A stretch of 64,000 nt of DNA from Alphaproteobacteria bacterium (GTDB taxonomy: Bacteria > Pseudomonadota > Alphaproteobacteria > RF32 > CAG-239). The stretch lies in contig JAGAJR010000017.1 of NCBI GenBank assembly GCA_017626035.1, positions 4,900 through 68,899 of the forward strand, read 5' to 3'. Below the pieces are notes generated by a model. That model did no database searches. It had not been told where the DNA came from and saw only the letters and a list, made by a program, of their open reading frames with translations. Made by a program: the position numbers and the translations under genes. Shown here in pieces: positions 27,736 to 38,038 of the stretch; positions within the stretch are counted from its first letter, which is position 1; the number at the start of each line of letters is the position of its first letter.

Positions 27736-28194
27736 ATGAAAGCTTATTTTTACGATACAAAAATCGGTATTATCACAATTAGGGAAGATGACGGCAAGAT
27801 TACTGGCGTTCATTTCGGAGAAAACGGGCAGGGGTGTGAGATGGAAGAAACACCTGTGATTTGTGATGCAATAAGGCAGTTGGAGGAATATTTTTCGGGA
27901 AAGAGAAAAACATTTGATTTGCCTTTATCTCCGCAAGGAACGGATTTTCAACAAAAAGTTTGGAAGGCTTTGCAAGAGGTTCCTTATGGGAAAACGGCCT
28001 CATACAAAGATATTGCCGTCCGGGTAGGCAATGCCAAAGCTTGTCGTGCGGCCGGCATGGCCAATAATCGAAATCCGATAGCTATCATTATTCCGTGCCA
28101 CAGAATTGTCGGTTCAAGCGGAAAGTTGGTCGGATATGCCGGCGGTTTGAATATTAAAGAAGAGCTTTTAAAATTGGAACGGCTGCATTCGTAA
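27736..28194 (+). CDS. ogt: methylated-DNA--protein-cysteine methyltransferase (Ogt/MGMT)
   Basis: IIPCHRIVGSSG active-site motif; AAGGAG RBS before the ATG at 27736. Confidence 0.85.
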   Translation: MKAYFYDTKIGIITIREDDGKITGVHFGENGQGCEMEETPVICDAIRQLEEYFSGKRKTFDLPLSPQGTDFQQKVWKALQEVPYGKTASYKDIAVRVGNAKACRAAGMANNRNPIAIIIPCHRIVGSSGKLVGYAGGLNIKEELLKLERLHS

Positions 28195-28210
28195 AAAGCT
28201 CTTCCTTATT

Positions 28211-29602
28211 TTAAAATTTGCGGGCGGGAATTCTTTCTGCCCAATTTTTTTCAATCTTTTCAAGCGATTTTCCTTTGGTTTCCGGCAGAAAATAATAAGT
28301 AAATATCAAGCTGAGAATGCCGATAACGCCATAAATCCAGAAAGTAAAGGCTTCGCCGATAGAGTTTAGCAATGGTAAGAAAGTCAAAACGACAATGAAG
28401 TTGAATCCCATATTGGCAACCGTGCATAAACTCATGGCAAAACCGCGGATTTTTAATGGCAAAATTTCAGAAACGACAATCCAGCCGATCGGACCGAGGG
28501 AAAAGGCGAAAGAAGCAATGTAGACAATGACGCTGCCGACGGCCAGCCATTTCAGATTATCGTCCAGTTCGTCAGCAAAGAAGAAAGCCGCTCCAAGAGT
28601 AAACAGGCTTATTGTTACGCCTGTTAATCCGGCATAAAGCAGTGGTTTGCGTCCCCAGCGGTCGGCAAAAACAATAGCGACAATCGTCATTCCGAAATTG
28701 ACAAAGCCAACGCCGATGGTGGCATAGATGGCACTGAGTTGGGAACCAAATCCGGCGGTTTTGAAAATGGTTGTGGTGTAGTAAATAATGGTATTGATGC
28801 CGGTGCATATTTGCATAAACATCATACCGATACCGACAAGAACCGGCATAAGCATCCATGATTGCCAAGCGGATTTTTTCTGATTTTTGTTTTGAGTTCC
28901 GGATAAGGTGGATTTGATTTCCTGAATTTTTTGCTCAATATCTCCTTCAGGATCCATATCCTGAAAGACTTTTCTGGCTTCGTGCTCTCTTTGTTTGCTG
29001 AGAAGCCAGCGGGGTGTGTCGCCTAAAAAGCTGATGCCGATTAATAGGACAAGGGCAGGGAAAAGTCCGGAAAGCAGCATCCATCTCCAGTTATATTCGG
29101 ACAAGGCGAATATCCGGTTAATCAGATAAGAAAACAATATTCCGGCGGTAATGGCCAATTGGAACAGAGACACCAACATTCCTCTTATTTTCTGCGGAGA
29201 GATTTCAGACAAATACAAAGGAACGACAAAATTTACCATTCCGACAGCTAATCCGATGATTATTCTGCCGAAAATTAACCAGTGGATGCTTGTTGCTACA
29301 GCACAGATTACCGAGCCGATTGCAAAAATTAAAGCGGTGGAGATGATGATTTTTTTACGGCCGTAAATGTCGGCGAGAATACCGTTTGAAGCGGCTCCGA
29401 AGACGGCTCCGACAATGGCGGAACTGACGAGCCAGCCTTTGGTCAGGTCATTCATTGCCCAAGTGTCATTGATGAAAAGAAGGGCTCCCGAAATGACGCC
29501 CATGTCAAATCCGGCAAGTAATCCCCCCAAAGAGGCAACAGCGGCAACCATATATAAACCAAGGTGTCTTTTTTTTATCGGAATAATAAAAGGTTTGTTC
29601 AT
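28211..29602 (-). CDS. MFS transporter, sugar porter family
   Basis: 12-TM profile, GRKKIII, GDTPRWLL (PESPRxL-like) and PETKGKSLE motifs. Confidence 0.85.
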   Translation of the reverse strand: MNKPFIIPIKKRHLGLYMVAAVASLGGLLAGFDMGVISGALLFINDTWAMNDLTKGWLVSSAIVGAVFGAASNGILADIYGRKKIIISTALIFAIGSVICAVATSIHWLIFGRIIIGLAVGMVNFVVPLYLSEISPQKIRGMLVSLFQLAITAGILFSYLINRIFALSEYNWRWMLLSGLFPALVLLIGISFLGDTPRWLLSKQREHEARKVFQDMDPEGDIEQKIQEIKSTLSGTQNKNQKKSAWQSWMLMPVLVGIGMMFMQICTGINTIIYYTTTIFKTAGFGSQLSAIYATIGVGFVNFGMTIVAIVFADRWGRKPLLYAGLTGVTISLFTLGAAFFFADELDDNLKWLAVGSVIVYIASFAFSLGPIGWIVVSEILPLKIRGFAMSLCTVANMGFNFIVVLTFLPLLNSIGEAFTFWIYGVIGILSLIFTYYFLPETKGKSLEKIEKNWAERIPARKF

Positions 29603-29735
29603 TGTGTTACTCCCGTTTATAGTATTTTTATTATAAATAATAGCAAAAATATTTATATAAAGGGGCTGAGAAAATTAACGTTTTTTAAAAGTCCGGCAGA
29701 GTATATAATAAAATTAAGTTTTATGTTGTAATTGT

Positions 29736-31022
29736 ATGGATAAAAGAATGAAATTCAATCGAAATCTGCTTTTTTGCATTGCGACGTCCTGTTTTGCGTC
29801 AACGGTTTTTGCCGCAGATAAAAAAGTTAACGCTCCGGCGGAATATCTTCAATGGCTGGATAATTTGAAGCAGGAAATGATTGAGAGAGGAATTTCCAAA
29901 AAAACAATCAAAAAGGTTTATAAACATAATGATTACTATCATCCTGATCCGGAAGTCGTTAAAATAGACCGCAAGCAGATAGAGTTTGTTTTGACGGCAA
30001 CGGAATATCTGAATCGGGTTGTTAATGAGAACAGAGTTAAAGCGGCTCGGCAGAAATATCGGGAACTTTATCCGCAGTTTCGGGAGTTGGAAGAAAAATA
30101 CGGCGTCCCGTTTAATTATTTGGCGGCGTTTTGGGGCGTGGAAACCAATTTCGGGCAGAATTTCGGAAAACACCAACTGATGGATGTTTTAACCACTTTA
30201 AGTTATGACACCAGACGGCCAAAGTTTTTCAAAGAAGAATTGTATCAGGCTCTTAAAATTGTCGATGAACAGGGAATAGCCCCTGAAGAAATGGAAAGTT
30301 CCTGGGCCGGAGCCATGGGACATTTTCAATTTATGCCTTCGACATTCAATGCTTATGCCGTGGATTATAATCAAGACGGGCAAGTTAATATCTGGTCTTC
30401 TTTTGAAGATGCGGCGGCATCGGCGGCAAATTATCTTTCGTCCGCCGGTTGGACGAGAAATCAGCCGTGGGGAGCAGAAGTTTCTCTGCCGTGGAATTTT
30501 GATTATGCGGCTACGGGAAGGGATATTCAAAAAAGTATCCGGGATTGGAAACAAATCGGGATTAAGACGGCAGAAGGATTAGACCTTCCGTTTGATGAGA
30601 CAATGAAGGCTTCAATTATTGTTCCCGAAGGGAGAAAAGGTTCGGCTTTTTTGATGTTTGATAATTTCAGGGTCATAATGAAGTGGAATCGTTCGGAAAA
30701 TTATGCTTTGGCGGTCGGAATGTTGGCGGATTATATTATTTCCGATAAGAAATATCAAAAGAGAGAACTTAATCCCGCCGTGGTTTTAAAAACAGATGAT
30801 GTGTTGAAAGTTCAGTCTTTTATCAATAAGCAGGGATGGGCAAAATTGGATGAAGACGGACAACTCGGGCAAAGGACAAGAGCCGCGGTCAAGCAGCTGC
30901 AAAAAAAAGCCCGGCTTCCTCAGGACGGGTATCCGGATTATCGTCTGCTTTTGAAAATCAGCCGTTATCATCCGTCGGAAGGGTTTAGCGTTCCCGTTCC
31001 GCCAAGAAAATTACACAAGTAA
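29736..31022 (+). CDS. lytic murein transglycosylase (MltB-like) with C-terminal peptidoglycan-binding domain
   Basis: Signal peptide; MltB-type catalytic region (FWGVETNFGQ); C-terminal LGQRTRAAVKQLQKKARLPQDG PG_binding_1-like. Confidence 0.8.
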   Translation: MDKRMKFNRNLLFCIATSCFASTVFAADKKVNAPAEYLQWLDNLKQEMIERGISKKTIKKVYKHNDYYHPDPEVVKIDRKQIEFVLTATEYLNRVVNENRVKAARQKYRELYPQFRELEEKYGVPFNYLAAFWGVETNFGQNFGKHQLMDVLTTLSYDTRRPKFFKEELYQALKIVDEQGIAPEEMESSWAGAMGHFQFMPSTFNAYAVDYNQDGQVNIWSSFEDAAASAANYLSSAGWTRNQPWGAEVSLPWNFDYAATGRDIQKSIRDWKQIGIKTAEGLDLPFDETMKASIIVPEGRKGSAFLMFDNFRVIMKWNRSENYALAVGMLADYIISDKKYQKRELNPAVVLKTDDVLKVQSFINKQGWAKLDEDGQLGQRTRAAVKQLQKKARLPQDGYPDYRLLLKISRYHPSEGFSVPVPPRKLHK

Positions 31023-31088
31023 TTTTATGATACTTTACGAAACTTAAAAAACAGTCTAAATTAACGTGAAATAGAAATAGTAGGGACT

Positions 31089-31940
31089 TTGATGAACGTT
31101 AAACGATTAAACATACTGTTGTTTTTGATTATGCCAATTTTGGCCGGATGTGCCTCAAAAACCGTGGAAGTGGGAGCTTCTCCGTATTCTCAAGCGTCGG
31201 CGATTAAAAGCCAGGGCGGAGTGTATAAGGTTGGCAATCCTTATAAAATTTTCGGGACGTGGTATTATCCGAAAGAAGATTATTCATATTCGGAGGTTGG
31301 CACGGCTTCCTGGTACGGGAAAGATTTTCATGCAAGGAAAACGGCAAACGGCGAGAATTATGATATGAATACGTTAACCGCGGCTCACCGGACGTTACCG
31401 TTGCCTTCAATTGTAAAAGTAACCAATCTGGAAAACGGACGTTCGTTGATTTTGCGGGTTAATGACCGCGGTCCGTATGCCAAAAACCGTATTATTGACA
31501 TTTCCAAGCGTGGGGCTCAGTTATTGGGATTCCAAGTTCAGGGAACAGCCAAAGTCCGTGTGGAGGTTATGGAGAAAGAAAGTAAAGCTTTGAAAGCCGC
31601 TTTAACCGGACAGCCTTGCGATACAACCGTTGCAACGGTTATTCCGCAAAAACCGGTTACCTATACGCCGGCGGCGACTACTTATGTTAAGCAAAATTAT
31701 TCCGAAGCGGAAAAAATGTATTATGTTCAGGCCGGAGCGTTCAGCAATAAGGCTTCCGCCAATAATTTGAGTGCGAAACTTTCCAAATACGGAAAATCAA
31801 GAGTTGCCCATGCTTTGGTGGACGGAAAAAATTTTTACAGGGTCAGATTGGGACCTTTCCCGTATAAGGAAGAGGCCGAAGTTTCTTTGGCCAGAGTAAA
31901 GAGTTATGGCGTTTATAACGCTAAAATTGTCAGGGATTAA
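31089..31940 (+). CDS. rlpA: septal ring lytic transglycosylase RlpA (DPBB domain) with C-terminal SPOR domain
   Basis: Lipoprotein signal (LAGCAS), GTASWYGKDFHARKTANGENYD DPBB motif, C-terminal SPOR (YYVQAGAFSNKASANNL...YRVRLGPF). Confidence 0.85.
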   Translation: MMNVKRLNILLFLIMPILAGCASKTVEVGASPYSQASAIKSQGGVYKVGNPYKIFGTWYYPKEDYSYSEVGTASWYGKDFHARKTANGENYDMNTLTAAHRTLPLPSIVKVTNLENGRSLILRVNDRGPYAKNRIIDISKRGAQLLGFQVQGTAKVRVEVMEKESKALKAALTGQPCDTTVATVIPQKPVTYTPAATTYVKQNYSEAEKMYYVQAGAFSNKASANNLSAKLSKYGKSRVAHALVDGKNFYRVRLGPFPYKEEAEVSLARVKSYGVYNAKIVRD

Positions 31941-31959
31941 TTTTTTTAGAGGGTTAAAG

Positions 31960-33114
31960 ATGTCGTTGAAAAATAAATTGTGTGTTTATACATTGCTTTC
32001 TTCCTGCCTGTGGGCCGGAGTTGCCGGGGCAAGTGCTTTGGAAACCAAAGCCAGAAACGTGGTTCTGATGGATTATGATACGGGGCGGTATCTTTATACC
32101 AAAGATTCCGAAAAAATGGTTCCGCCGGCATCCATGAGCAAGTTAATGACCGTATATATGATTTTCAGCAAATTAAAAGACGGTTCGCTTTCTTTAGACG
32201 ATACGTTTACTGTCAGTGAAAATGCTTGGCGAAAAGGCGGAGCTGCCAGCGGCGGTTCGACAATGTTTTTGCCTATCGGGGAAAAAGTTCGTGTGGAAGA
32301 TATTTTGAAAGGCATTATTATTCAGTCCGGTAATGACGCCTGCATTACGGCAGCGGAAAATTTAGCCGGAAGTGAGGAAAACTTTGCTTCCGAGATGCAG
32401 GAAACCGCAAAAAGAATAGGTTTGAATAACAGTTCCTTTGTTAATGCAACGGGGCTTCCTCATCCTGATCATCGGATGTCGGCAGAAGATTTGGCTAAGT
32501 TAGCCCGCCATATTATTTCAGAATTTCCGGAATATTATTATCTGTTTTCGGAAAAGACATTTAAATACCACAACATTATTCAGGGAAACAGAAATCCTCT
32601 TCTATACAGTATGCCTGATGCAGACGGTTTGAAAACCGGACATACGGATGAGGCCGGCTTCTGCCTGACTGCCTCCGCCAAGAGAGGAGACCGGCGGTTA
32701 ATCAGCGTTATGACGGGAATGAAGTCAAACAAAGAACGCAGTGAGGAAGCCGAAAAAGTCATGAGTTGGGGTTTCCGTGAATTTGACAATTATCAGGTGT
32801 TGAACAAAGGACAGAAAATCGCGGAAATTCCGGTTTGGTTCGGCACGGAAAAAACAACGGATTTGATTGTTGCGGATAACGTTTTGGAAACCATTCAGAA
32901 GAGCAAGGCTTCCAAAGTCAAGATGACGGCTGTTTATGATAAGCCGGTGAAGGCTCCGATTGCACAAGGACAAAAGCTTGGCGTTGTTAAAATTGAAATT
33001 CAGGGAGAAGAAACGCAAGAAGTTGATTTGGTTGCCGGAACATCCGTTAATAAATTGAACTTTTTCGGGAAAATTATGGCTAATTTGAAATATTTGCTTT
33101 TGGGAGAGCAATAA
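31960..33114 (+). CDS. D-alanyl-D-alanine carboxypeptidase (PBP5/6 family)
   Basis: SMSKLMT (SxxK), SGN and KTGHT motifs; signal peptide; C-terminal PBP5 domain. Confidence 0.85.
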   Translation: MSLKNKLCVYTLLSSCLWAGVAGASALETKARNVVLMDYDTGRYLYTKDSEKMVPPASMSKLMTVYMIFSKLKDGSLSLDDTFTVSENAWRKGGAASGGSTMFLPIGEKVRVEDILKGIIIQSGNDACITAAENLAGSEENFASEMQETAKRIGLNNSSFVNATGLPHPDHRMSAEDLAKLARHIISEFPEYYYLFSEKTFKYHNIIQGNRNPLLYSMPDADGLKTGHTDEAGFCLTASAKRGDRRLISVMTGMKSNKERSEEAEKVMSWGFREFDNYQVLNKGQKIAEIPVWFGTEKTTDLIVADNVLETIQKSKASKVKMTAVYDKPVKAPIAQGQKLGVVKIEIQGEETQEVDLVAGTSVNKLNFFGKIMANLKYLLLGEQ

Positions 33115-33116
33115 TT

Positions 33117-33773
33117 ATGAGAGGTAAGTTTATTACCTTTGAAGGCGGGGAAGGAACCGGCAAGTCTACGCAGCTTAAGCTGCTGAGCGATTATTTGTCG
33201 GCAAAATCCATCCGCAATATTGCCACAAAAGAACCCGGGGGAACGGATATCGGTCTCGATTTGAGGAGAATTCTGGTTACCGGCGACAAAGACAAGCTTG
33301 ATCCGGTGGCAGAAGCTTTGTTGTATTTTGCCGACAGGAGAGTCCATTTGACAGGTAAAGTCTGGCCGGCAATGGAGACCGGAGAGTGGGTATTGTCCGA
33401 CCGGTTTGCGGACTCGACGACGGCATATCAGTATTTTGGTTATGATAAAAGAGTTTCCCGTAAGGTTTTAGATGATTTGTATGCGTTGGCTGTCGGTGAT
33501 TTTGTTCCTGATTTGACGATTATTTTTGATTTGGATCCGGAAATAGGTTTGAAACGTTCTTTTGCCAAAGCGGATAATATGAGCGTTAAGGAAACCCGTT
33601 TTGAAAGCCGTGGTTTGGAATTTCATCAAAGAATGAGACACGGTTTTCTGGAAATAGCCAAAGAAAATCCGGAGCGGTGCGTGGTGTTGGATGCAAATAA
33701 AACGATTGAAGATTTGCATCATGATGTTGTCAGTGTAATAGAAGAAAGGTTTAATCTGCAGAATGCCGGATGA
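33117..33773 (+). CDS. tmk: thymidylate kinase
   Basis: ITFEGGEGTGKST P-loop; DRF motif. Confidence 0.9.
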   Translation: MRGKFITFEGGEGTGKSTQLKLLSDYLSAKSIRNIATKEPGGTDIGLDLRRILVTGDKDKLDPVAEALLYFADRRVHLTGKVWPAMETGEWVLSDRFADSTTAYQYFGYDKRVSRKVLDDLYALAVGDFVPDLTIIFDLDPEIGLKRSFAKADNMSVKETRFESRGLEFHQRMRHGFLEIAKENPERCVVLDANKTIEDLHHDVVSVIEERFNLQNAG

Positions 33774-34824
33774 TGTTTCCACTACCGTATTTACGCCGAA
33801 AACCAATAATTTTCTTCTCGGCCATGAGAAAGAAGAGAAAATGCTTTTGGATGCCTGGAAGAATAATTCTTTGCATAATTCGTGGCTGTTTTGCGGAATT
33901 GAGGGAATAGGCAAAGCTACTCTGGCGTATCGGTTTGCCCGTTTTCTTTTATCGGCAGATGACAAGGACAAATCCCGTTATAATAGTTTGGATGTGAGCG
34001 AGAACAGCCAGATTTTTAAATTGGTTGCCAATAATTCGCATCCTGATTTGAAAATTATTGAACGAGATTATACGGACACGGACCGCAAAAAAATCCTTAA
34101 GGCGATTAAGGACGGAGAGCAGCTTTCCGACGAGGAACTGAAAGGCTTGAAACGTTCGGCGTTTATTCGTGTTGATGATGTGAGAACGATTAATGAATTT
34201 CTTTCCAAAAAGTCGTCAAATGACAGTTGGCGGGTCGTGATTATTGACAGTATTGACGATATGAATCCGGCGAGTGCTAATGCGGTCTTGAAAATTTTGG
34301 AAGAACCGCCGGCAAAAACGGTTATGCTTTTAATCAGCCATAATCCCAATCGTTTGCTTCCGACAATTAAATCAAGATGTGCCAAGCTTAATCTGCATCC
34401 GTTGGAAGAAAACACGGTTGCCAGTCTGTTAAGACGGTATCGGTCGCAACTGAGTGAGAAAGACGTTAAAGGATTGGCAAAAATTTGCTCGGGAAGTATC
34501 GGAAAAGCCATTAATTATGCGGATAATTCGGCATTGAATTGTTATGATGATTTGTGTAAAATTATTTATGCAAAATCAAAATTCAGTATTGCCGGTTTGT
34601 TGGCTTTTTGTGATGCCGCGGTGCAAAATGAGGAAAGCTATTATTTGACGCAGGAATTGATTTTGAAGTTTTTTTCGGAGAATATTAAGGGCTGCGATAA
34701 TGTGGAAGCTTTGGGAGCGGCCTGGGATAACGCGGTAAAAGCTTTTGATTCGACCGAAAGGTTAAATTTGGATAAAAAACAAACGTTAATTAATGTAATT
34801 ACAAATATCTGTAAAGCGATATAA
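33763..34824 (+). CDS. holB: DNA polymerase III subunit delta'
   Basis: AAA+ clamp-loader fold with degenerate Walker A (CGIEGIGKATLA) and conserved tmk-holB order. Confidence 0.8.
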   Translation: MPDDVSTTVFTPKTNNFLLGHEKEEKMLLDAWKNNSLHNSWLFCGIEGIGKATLAYRFARFLLSADDKDKSRYNSLDVSENSQIFKLVANNSHPDLKIIERDYTDTDRKKILKAIKDGEQLSDEELKGLKRSAFIRVDDVRTINEFLSKKSSNDSWRVVIIDSIDDMNPASANAVLKILEEPPAKTVMLLISHNPNRLLPTIKSRCAKLNLHPLEENTVASLLRRYRSQLSEKDVKGLAKICSGSIGKAINYADNSALNCYDDLCKIIYAKSKFSIAGLLAFCDAAVQNEESYYLTQELILKFFSENIKGCDNVEALGAAWDNAVKAFDSTERLNLDKKQTLINVITNICKAI

Positions 34825-34833
34825 AGGATTGAT

Positions 34834-35628
34834 ATGTTAGTAGACAGCCATTGTCATTTGGATTTTAATGATTTTGAAGAAGATTTTGAAGAAGTGTTAA
34901 ACCGGGCTAAAGAAAACGGGGTTACCACGATTTTGAATGCCGGTAATAATATTAACGAATTGGAACAGCAGCTGGAGTTGTCGGAAAAATATCCGTTTAT
35001 TTATACGGCAGTCGGGGTGCATCCTCATAATGCTTCGGAATATAAGGACATTAAAGCAGAAGATTTTATCGCTCAGACAAAGCATAAAAAAGTCGTCGGA
35101 ATTGGCGAGTGCGGCTTAGATTATTACTACGATTACAGTCCGAAAGAAGAGCAAGTTAAAGTCTTTGTTGAACAAATCAGAGCCGCTCAGCAAACGGGAT
35201 TGCCGCTGATTATTCATACCAGAGATGCTGATGAAGATACAATTGAAATCTTAAAGGAAGAATATGAAAAAGCTCCGTTCAGCGGGGAAATTCATTGTTT
35301 TTCTTCGTCTAAAAAATTGGCTGAATTTGCATTGTCGATAGGTTTTTATTTGTCGGCTTCGGGAATTATTACTTTTAACAAATCAAACGATTTGAGAGAT
35401 ATTTTTGCGGAAGTTCCTCTTGACCGACTGTTAGTGGAAACCGACGCTCCGTTTCTTGCTCCCATTCCGATGCGGGGACGCCGCAACGAACCGTCTTTTG
35501 TGTTGCATACGGCGGAAAAACTGGCTCAGATAAAAGATATTTCTTTGGAAGAATTGGCTCAGATTACTTCCGATAATTTCTTTAAGCTTTTCAGAAAGGC
35601 CAGTGACAAAGGGAGATATGAGTTTTGA
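34834..35628 (+). CDS. tatD: TatD family metal-dependent DNase/hydrolase
   Basis: N-terminal LVDSHCHLDF and HTRDA motifs. Confidence 0.9.
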   Translation: MLVDSHCHLDFNDFEEDFEEVLNRAKENGVTTILNAGNNINELEQQLELSEKYPFIYTAVGVHPHNASEYKDIKAEDFIAQTKHKKVVGIGECGLDYYYDYSPKEEQVKVFVEQIRAAQQTGLPLIIHTRDADEDTIEILKEEYEKAPFSGEIHCFSSSKKLAEFALSIGFYLSASGIITFNKSNDLRDIFAEVPLDRLLVETDAPFLAPIPMRGRRNEPSFVLHTAEKLAQIKDISLEELAQITSDNFFKLFRKASDKGRYEF

Positions 35629-36413
35629 AAAATAAGCTGATTATTTTGGGAAGCGGTGCGGCTCCGGGTGTTCCTTCTTTGGGAACCGGTTTTAATCAGT
35701 GTAATCCCGAGAACCTTAAAAATATCAGAATGAGAACCTCCACTTATCTGGAATTTTCCGGTATTAAGCTGCTTATTGATACCAGTCCTGATTTGAGAAC
35801 GCAGCTGATTAATCAGAATATACGCGATATTGATGGTGTTTTGTATTCTCATTCGCATGCCGACCATTTGAACGGAATTGACGATTTGCGGGAAATTAAC
35901 CGTATTAACCGACAGAGCCTGAATTTTTATGCGGGAAAGCAAACGACTAAAGATATTCAGAAACGTTTCAGTTATCTGATTGCGTCAAAGAAAACGACAA
36001 ATAATGTTATTCTTCGTCCGAGTTTGGTGGCTAATGTGGTCAAAGCCAATCATCCTTTTTATATCAAGGGTGTGAAAATTGTTCCGATTAAAATGGTCGG
36101 GCATTGTCCGGAATGTTTGGGATATGTGTTTAATGACGGGGAATACGTCCATATTGCCGACTTTAAGCTTTTGGCTTCCAGTGCCTATAAAATGATTTTG
36201 AAACGTCCGAAGCTGATGACGCTTCCGCTGACGAATATCCGGGGGGCCGTACAACATGCCGATTTGGGCGAGATTATGGAATGTGTCGAGAAGATTAACC
36301 CTGAAAGTGTCATTATCAACCATATGAGCAATGAATGCGATTATGACGAGGTTAACCGTTTGACTCCGGAGAATGTTCGTCCGGCTTATGACAATTTGAT
36401 TGTGGAATTTTAG
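35625..36413 (+). CDS. MBL-fold metallo-hydrolase
   Basis: HSHADHLNGIDDL metallo-beta-lactamase motif. Confidence 0.8.
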   Translation: MKNKLIILGSGAAPGVPSLGTGFNQCNPENLKNIRMRTSTYLEFSGIKLLIDTSPDLRTQLINQNIRDIDGVLYSHSHADHLNGIDDLREINRINRQSLNFYAGKQTTKDIQKRFSYLIASKKTTNNVILRPSLVANVVKANHPFYIKGVKIVPIKMVGHCPECLGYVFNDGEYVHIADFKLLASSAYKMILKRPKLMTLPLTNIRGAVQHADLGEIMECVEKINPESVIINHMSNECDYDEVNRLTPENVRPAYDNLIVEF

Positions 36414-36425
36414 AAAAGGGAAAAT

Positions 36426-37301
36426 GTGGAGATGTTATGTATTTATCATGTTGCCGATCATGACGGCAAAGGATCAGGGGCTATCGTCAAAAGAGTTTAT
36501 CCGGAAACGGAACTTTTAGGATTAAACCACGATATGGAAATTCCTTATGCCGAAATAGAAAAACATGATAAAATCATTGTATGCGATTATGCCCTGCCGA
36601 TAGATTATATGCTTGAACTCAATAAAACCAAAGATTTGACATGGATTGACCATCATGCTTCGGTTATCAAAGAATATGACGAGAAGATGGCAACCGGAAA
36701 ATATGAGCCGATTAAAGGCAGTCGGATTTCAGGAACGGCGGCAATTGTCTTGACATGGAAATATTTCTTTCCAGACAAACCTGTTCCTGAAGGAGTTGTT
36801 TTACTTGGCTTGAATGACGTATTTGATTTGAGGGACAAGCGGGTTCGTCCGTTTGAATATGCGATTCAGTCGATGGGCGTTAATCGTCCGGAAGATGAGA
36901 TTTGGTCGGAGATTTTTGACGGCAGATTGGATATTGCGTCTGTTGTCGAAAAAGGCGAAGCGATTTTATCTTGGATAAGAGTTCGCAATTACCGTTTGGC
37001 AAGAAGCATTGCTTTCGAAAGCGAGATAAACGGATTGAAATGTATTTGTGCCAATATGCCGCAGGGATATTCCGATTTTTTTGATTCTTTGGAAAATGTC
37101 GATGAGTATGATGTGCGGATTAATTTCTTTATGAACAAAAAGAATTTGTGGAATCTTTCTTTTTATACATACAAAGACAATGTCAATGTTTCCGAATTGG
37201 CGGCAAGTATGGGCGGCGGCGGCCATGTCAAGGCGGCCGGAGCTTCCAATCTTCCCGAACTTCCTGAATTTCTGAGAAAAGGCTTAAGAAAACTTGGTTA
37301 A
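36426..37301 (+). CDS. DHH/DHHA1 family phosphoesterase (NrnA-like)
   Basis: [13 protein letters not shown] motif I, WIDHHAS (DHH motif), C-terminal GGGH of the DHHA1 domain; GTG/ATG start region after AAAAGGG. Confidence 0.6.
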   Translation: MEMLCIYHVADHDGKGSGAIVKRVYPETELLGLNHDMEIPYAEIEKHDKIIVCDYALPIDYMLELNKTKDLTWIDHHASVIKEYDEKMATGKYEPIKGSRISGTAAIVLTWKYFFPDKPVPEGVVLLGLNDVFDLRDKRVRPFEYAIQSMGVNRPEDEIWSEIFDGRLDIASVVEKGEAILSWIRVRNYRLARSIAFESEINGLKCICANMPQGYSDFFDSLENVDEYDVRINFFMNKKNLWNLSFYTYKDNVNVSELAASMGGGGHVKAAGASNLPELPEFLRKGLRKLG

Positions 37302-37926
37302 GCATTGGTCAAAAGTAGAATATCTGCATCAGAGCGTTAAAAATCCCAATATTATTGTCAAGGGGACGCACAGTTATTACAGCGATGCCTGGACAGGAAG
37401 CTTTGAAGAGTATGTCGTCCGTTATTTGTATGGGGACGCTTACAGTTTGGAGCATTGGCAACCGCAATGGAAATTGGATAAACTTTATATCGGCGATTAT
37501 GTGTGCGTCGGCGGAGAGAGCGTTATTCTGATGGGCGGCAACAACACGCACCGGACGGATTGGTTCAGCGATTATCCTTTTATGGATAAAATTGTCGAAA
37601 GCTATGAGGCTAAAGGCGATACGGTTATCGGCGACGGTGTGTGGATAGGAATGAGAGCGGTTATCCTGCCGGGTGTGAAAATCGGAGAGGGTGCCGTTAT
37701 CGGTACCGGAGCTGTTGTTACAAAAGATGTTGAGCCGTATTCGATTGTGGCCGGAAATCCGGCCAAGGAAATAAAAAAACGATTTGCTTCGGATGTGATT
37801 GAAGAACTTTTATCATTGAAAATTTATGATTTGCCGGAAGAGGTTTTCGACCGATTGAGGAGTGAACTTTGCGGCGGAGATATTGAACGTCTTAAGGCTC
37901 GAATGAAAGAACTCGGCGTTTTGTAA
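37294..37926 (+). CDS. Vat-family xenobiotic/streptogramin A O-acetyltransferase homolog (hexapeptide-repeat acyltransferase)
   Basis: Strong colinearity with Vat/CatB-type acetyltransferases: [80 protein letters not shown]. Confidence 0.7.
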   Translation: MVKHWSKVEYLHQSVKNPNIIVKGTHSYYSDAWTGSFEEYVVRYLYGDAYSLEHWQPQWKLDKLYIGDYVCVGGESVILMGGNNTHRTDWFSDYPFMDKIVESYEAKGDTVIGDGVWIGMRAVILPGVKIGEGAVIGTGAVVTKDVEPYSIVAGNPAKEIKKRFASDVIEELLSLKIYDLPEEVFDRLRSELCGGDIERLKARMKELGVL

Positions 37927-38038
37927 AAAGGAGGCTGTTTCGCAGGGGGAAACAGCCTTTTTTTTCTTGTGAAAAAAAATTAAAGTTGTAAAATTGCCCC
38001 GTCTGAATAATTTAATAATAAAAAATGGAGAGAACTTA

